Shown here piece by piece: positions 62,049-64,000 of a stretch of DNA of 64,000 nucleotides. Under the pieces are notes generated by a model that saw only the letters and a program-made list of their open reading frames with translations, did no database searches and had not been told where the DNA came from. The stretch lies in the NCBI RefSeq assembly GCF_009914755.1, contig NC_060925.1; one strand, 5' to 3'. The position numbers were made by a program, and so were the translations under genes. How positions within the stretch are numbered: the first letter of the stretch is position 1; each line of letters starts with the position of its first letter. This DNA comes from the human T2T-CHM13v2.0 reference genome, Homo sapiens.

Positions 62049-62432
62049 GTGAGGACATGGCACCCTGGAGCCAAGCAACCTGGGGCAGGTATATATTATA
62101 TGTTTTCCTGAAAGCCAAGGGAGGCCCTTATCTCCTATAGGTCCTCCAAACTTAGACTTTCCTTGTATAAGGACAGAGATTAGATTGAAAAGACTAGACT
62201 AGAGAAGTCATGGTAAGCGTATATATTGAGTGCTTATGATGTGCTAGGTTCTGTAAGTATTACACATGTGTTAATACATTTAATCCCTAAGACAACCATG
62301 TGAGGTTAAGGAACTTGCCCAAGGCCACATTTTTCCAGCGGCAATTATACCTTGTCAAGATTGTTATGGGGGAGGGTCCCAGGCCATGGTAGTAGATGCT
62401 ATTCAGATGTGTGGACTTGGTATCCTGCCCAG

Positions 62433-62596
62433 CTAAGCCTGAGGGTGAAGGCTTTGAAGCGTCAGGTGGATGAAGCAGAAGAGGAAATTGAGCGACTGGA
62501 CGGCCTGAGGAAGAAGGCCCAGCGTGAGGTGGAGGAGCAGCATGAGGTCAATGAACAGCTCCAGGCCCGGATCAAGTCTCTGGAGAAGGACTCCTG
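62433..62596 (+). CDS. CGN: CGN exon 20 ([11 protein letters not shown]...EKDS)
   Basis: cccag|CTA; TG|GTATGG; 164 nt; myosin-tail-like [11 protein letters not shown]. Confidence 0.94.
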
Positions 62597-62907
62597 GTAT
62601 GGGCTACCCTTTTGCCCTTGCTCCATAGGGACACTAGAGCAGGGAGGGAATGGTCTCTCCTGTGCTGGATAAGGAGGAGAATCTCTAACATGGTACTGTG
62701 TAGTCACTTGTTTCTGGTTGGAAGCCAGTATATTTATTTATTAGTATCTCAGCCACCATCCTGTACCTCCCCAAATCTGATTAGTTGGGGATTTTGTGAA
62801 TAAACTTTAGGCCTTAGAAGAATTGGGGTTTCCTTTGTACAAAAAGGGTGGCTGTCTTAATATTTCTATTTTCCCCTCCCCAACCATTATTCTTCTCTCT
62901 GAGTCAG

Positions 62908-63049
62908 GCGCAAAGCTTCCCGCTCAGCTGCTGAGTCAGCTCTCAAAAACGAAGGGCTGAGCTCAGATGAGGAATTCGACAGTGTCTACGATCCCTCGTC
63001 CATTGCATCACTGCTTACGGAGAGCAACCTACAGACCAGCTCCTGTTAG
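62908..63049 (+). CDS. CGN: CGN exon 21 coding part ([10 protein letters not shown]...LQTSSC*)
   Basis: gtcag|G; TAG stop at 63047-63049. Confidence 0.95.
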
Positions 63050-64000
63050 CTCGTGGTCCTCAAGGACTCAGAAACCAGGCTCGAGGCCTATCCCAGCAAG
63101 TGCTGCTCTGCTCTGCCCACCCTGGGTTCTGCATTCCTATGGGTGACCCAATTATTCAGACCTAAGACAGGGAGGGGTCAGAGTGATGGTGATAAAAAAA
63201 AAAAAATCATCAGCAATAAGCTGATAGATGGACTTTCCACTGTAGGAGTGGACGTTTCAAGCCAACTGAGCCTTTTCCTCAAGTGCCGACACCTCCCTCA
63301 TCTCTCTTATAGTGGAAGGATGGTCAGCATTAGGCTGATGGGGACTGAGAAGGATAGGAAGGGATAGAAATTGCCATGTGTATAAAGCTTTATTCTTTAG
63401 CCCTTAACCCTAAGGCTCAGGGAAATACCCTATGTTATTGTGCTCCCTGGATTCCTGCAACTCATTTTCCTTCCACTCTGGAGCAGGGTGAGGGGAATGT
63501 TATGGGTAACAGACATGCAGGCATGGCTCTACCCATTTCTTTGCACAAGTATGGGGCCCATGTGGTAGTCCCCATACCCCTCCAGTTCCTATATTTTTGT
63601 CTTCTTCCTTTCCCCTCTTTGCCATTCCTACCTTGCATTTTTCCTGTCAGTGCCTTAGCCAAGGCAAGGAGATAAGGATGCTCTTCTTGCTTTTTATATC
63701 TGCACATTCATACCTCTCCAAAGACCAGCTTTTCCCCAGCCAGGGCCCTCAGCCTTCCCTGCTGCCCCAGTGATTGATTGAGAGAGCTGTTGGGGTTTCT
63801 CTGCCAATGACCCCTGGGAGAGGGACTTTGGTAGGGTCATGATAAAGTGGCGGGGGTCTGGTCCTGCTCAGGGTTTTCATCCTTCCTCCTCTCCCTCCTC
63901 TGTGACTGTGGATATGGTTATAAGGTGGTTGCACCTGGGAGCCCTGACAACTGGCTGCACAAATTCCAAAAGTAAAGGTGTCAGTCCCTGTGGCCTTCCT
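63050..64000 (+). other. CGN: CGN 3'UTR (incomplete)
   Basis: Follows the stop; no AATAAA/ATTAAA seen before the window edge; carries miR-125, miR-24 and miR-124 seed matches. Confidence 0.85.

Noticed and set aside
63193-63206. A-run in the 3'UTR as a polyadenylation site
   Set aside because: Genomically encoded with no canonical upstream signal; would produce oligo-dT internal priming artefacts.

Overview
Primate, almost certainly human, genomic DNA containing the cingulin (CGN) tight-junction gene on the + strand. I reconstructed it by hand: a CpG-island promoter (~36.7-37.4 kb), a non-coding exon 1 carrying a (GCCCGA)9 repeat, and 20 coding exons (44218-63049) that splice to 3612 nt, i.e. 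1203 aa plus stop. The 3'UTR runs off the right edge. The left 36 kb is gene-free and dominated by repeats: dense Alus, a fossil hAT/Charlie transposase, MER33, an MLT1 split by a MER119-like element, a MER21-type LTR, and a two-LTR ERVL provirus remnant with readable protease, RT and dUTPase motifs. I found no evidence of a wholly new biological system. The notable oddities are two GC-AG introns, an antisense SNORA44 retrocopy broken by a microsatellite, a MIR segment copied into a younger Alu, a MIR-derived 3' splice region, an in-frame stop-free 96-nt intron with a decoy donor, a minisatellite born inside MER104, and a 105-codon open frame after the stop. Repeat-family names and the SNORA44 match come from recalled consensus sequences, not database searches; repeat boundaries are approximate.
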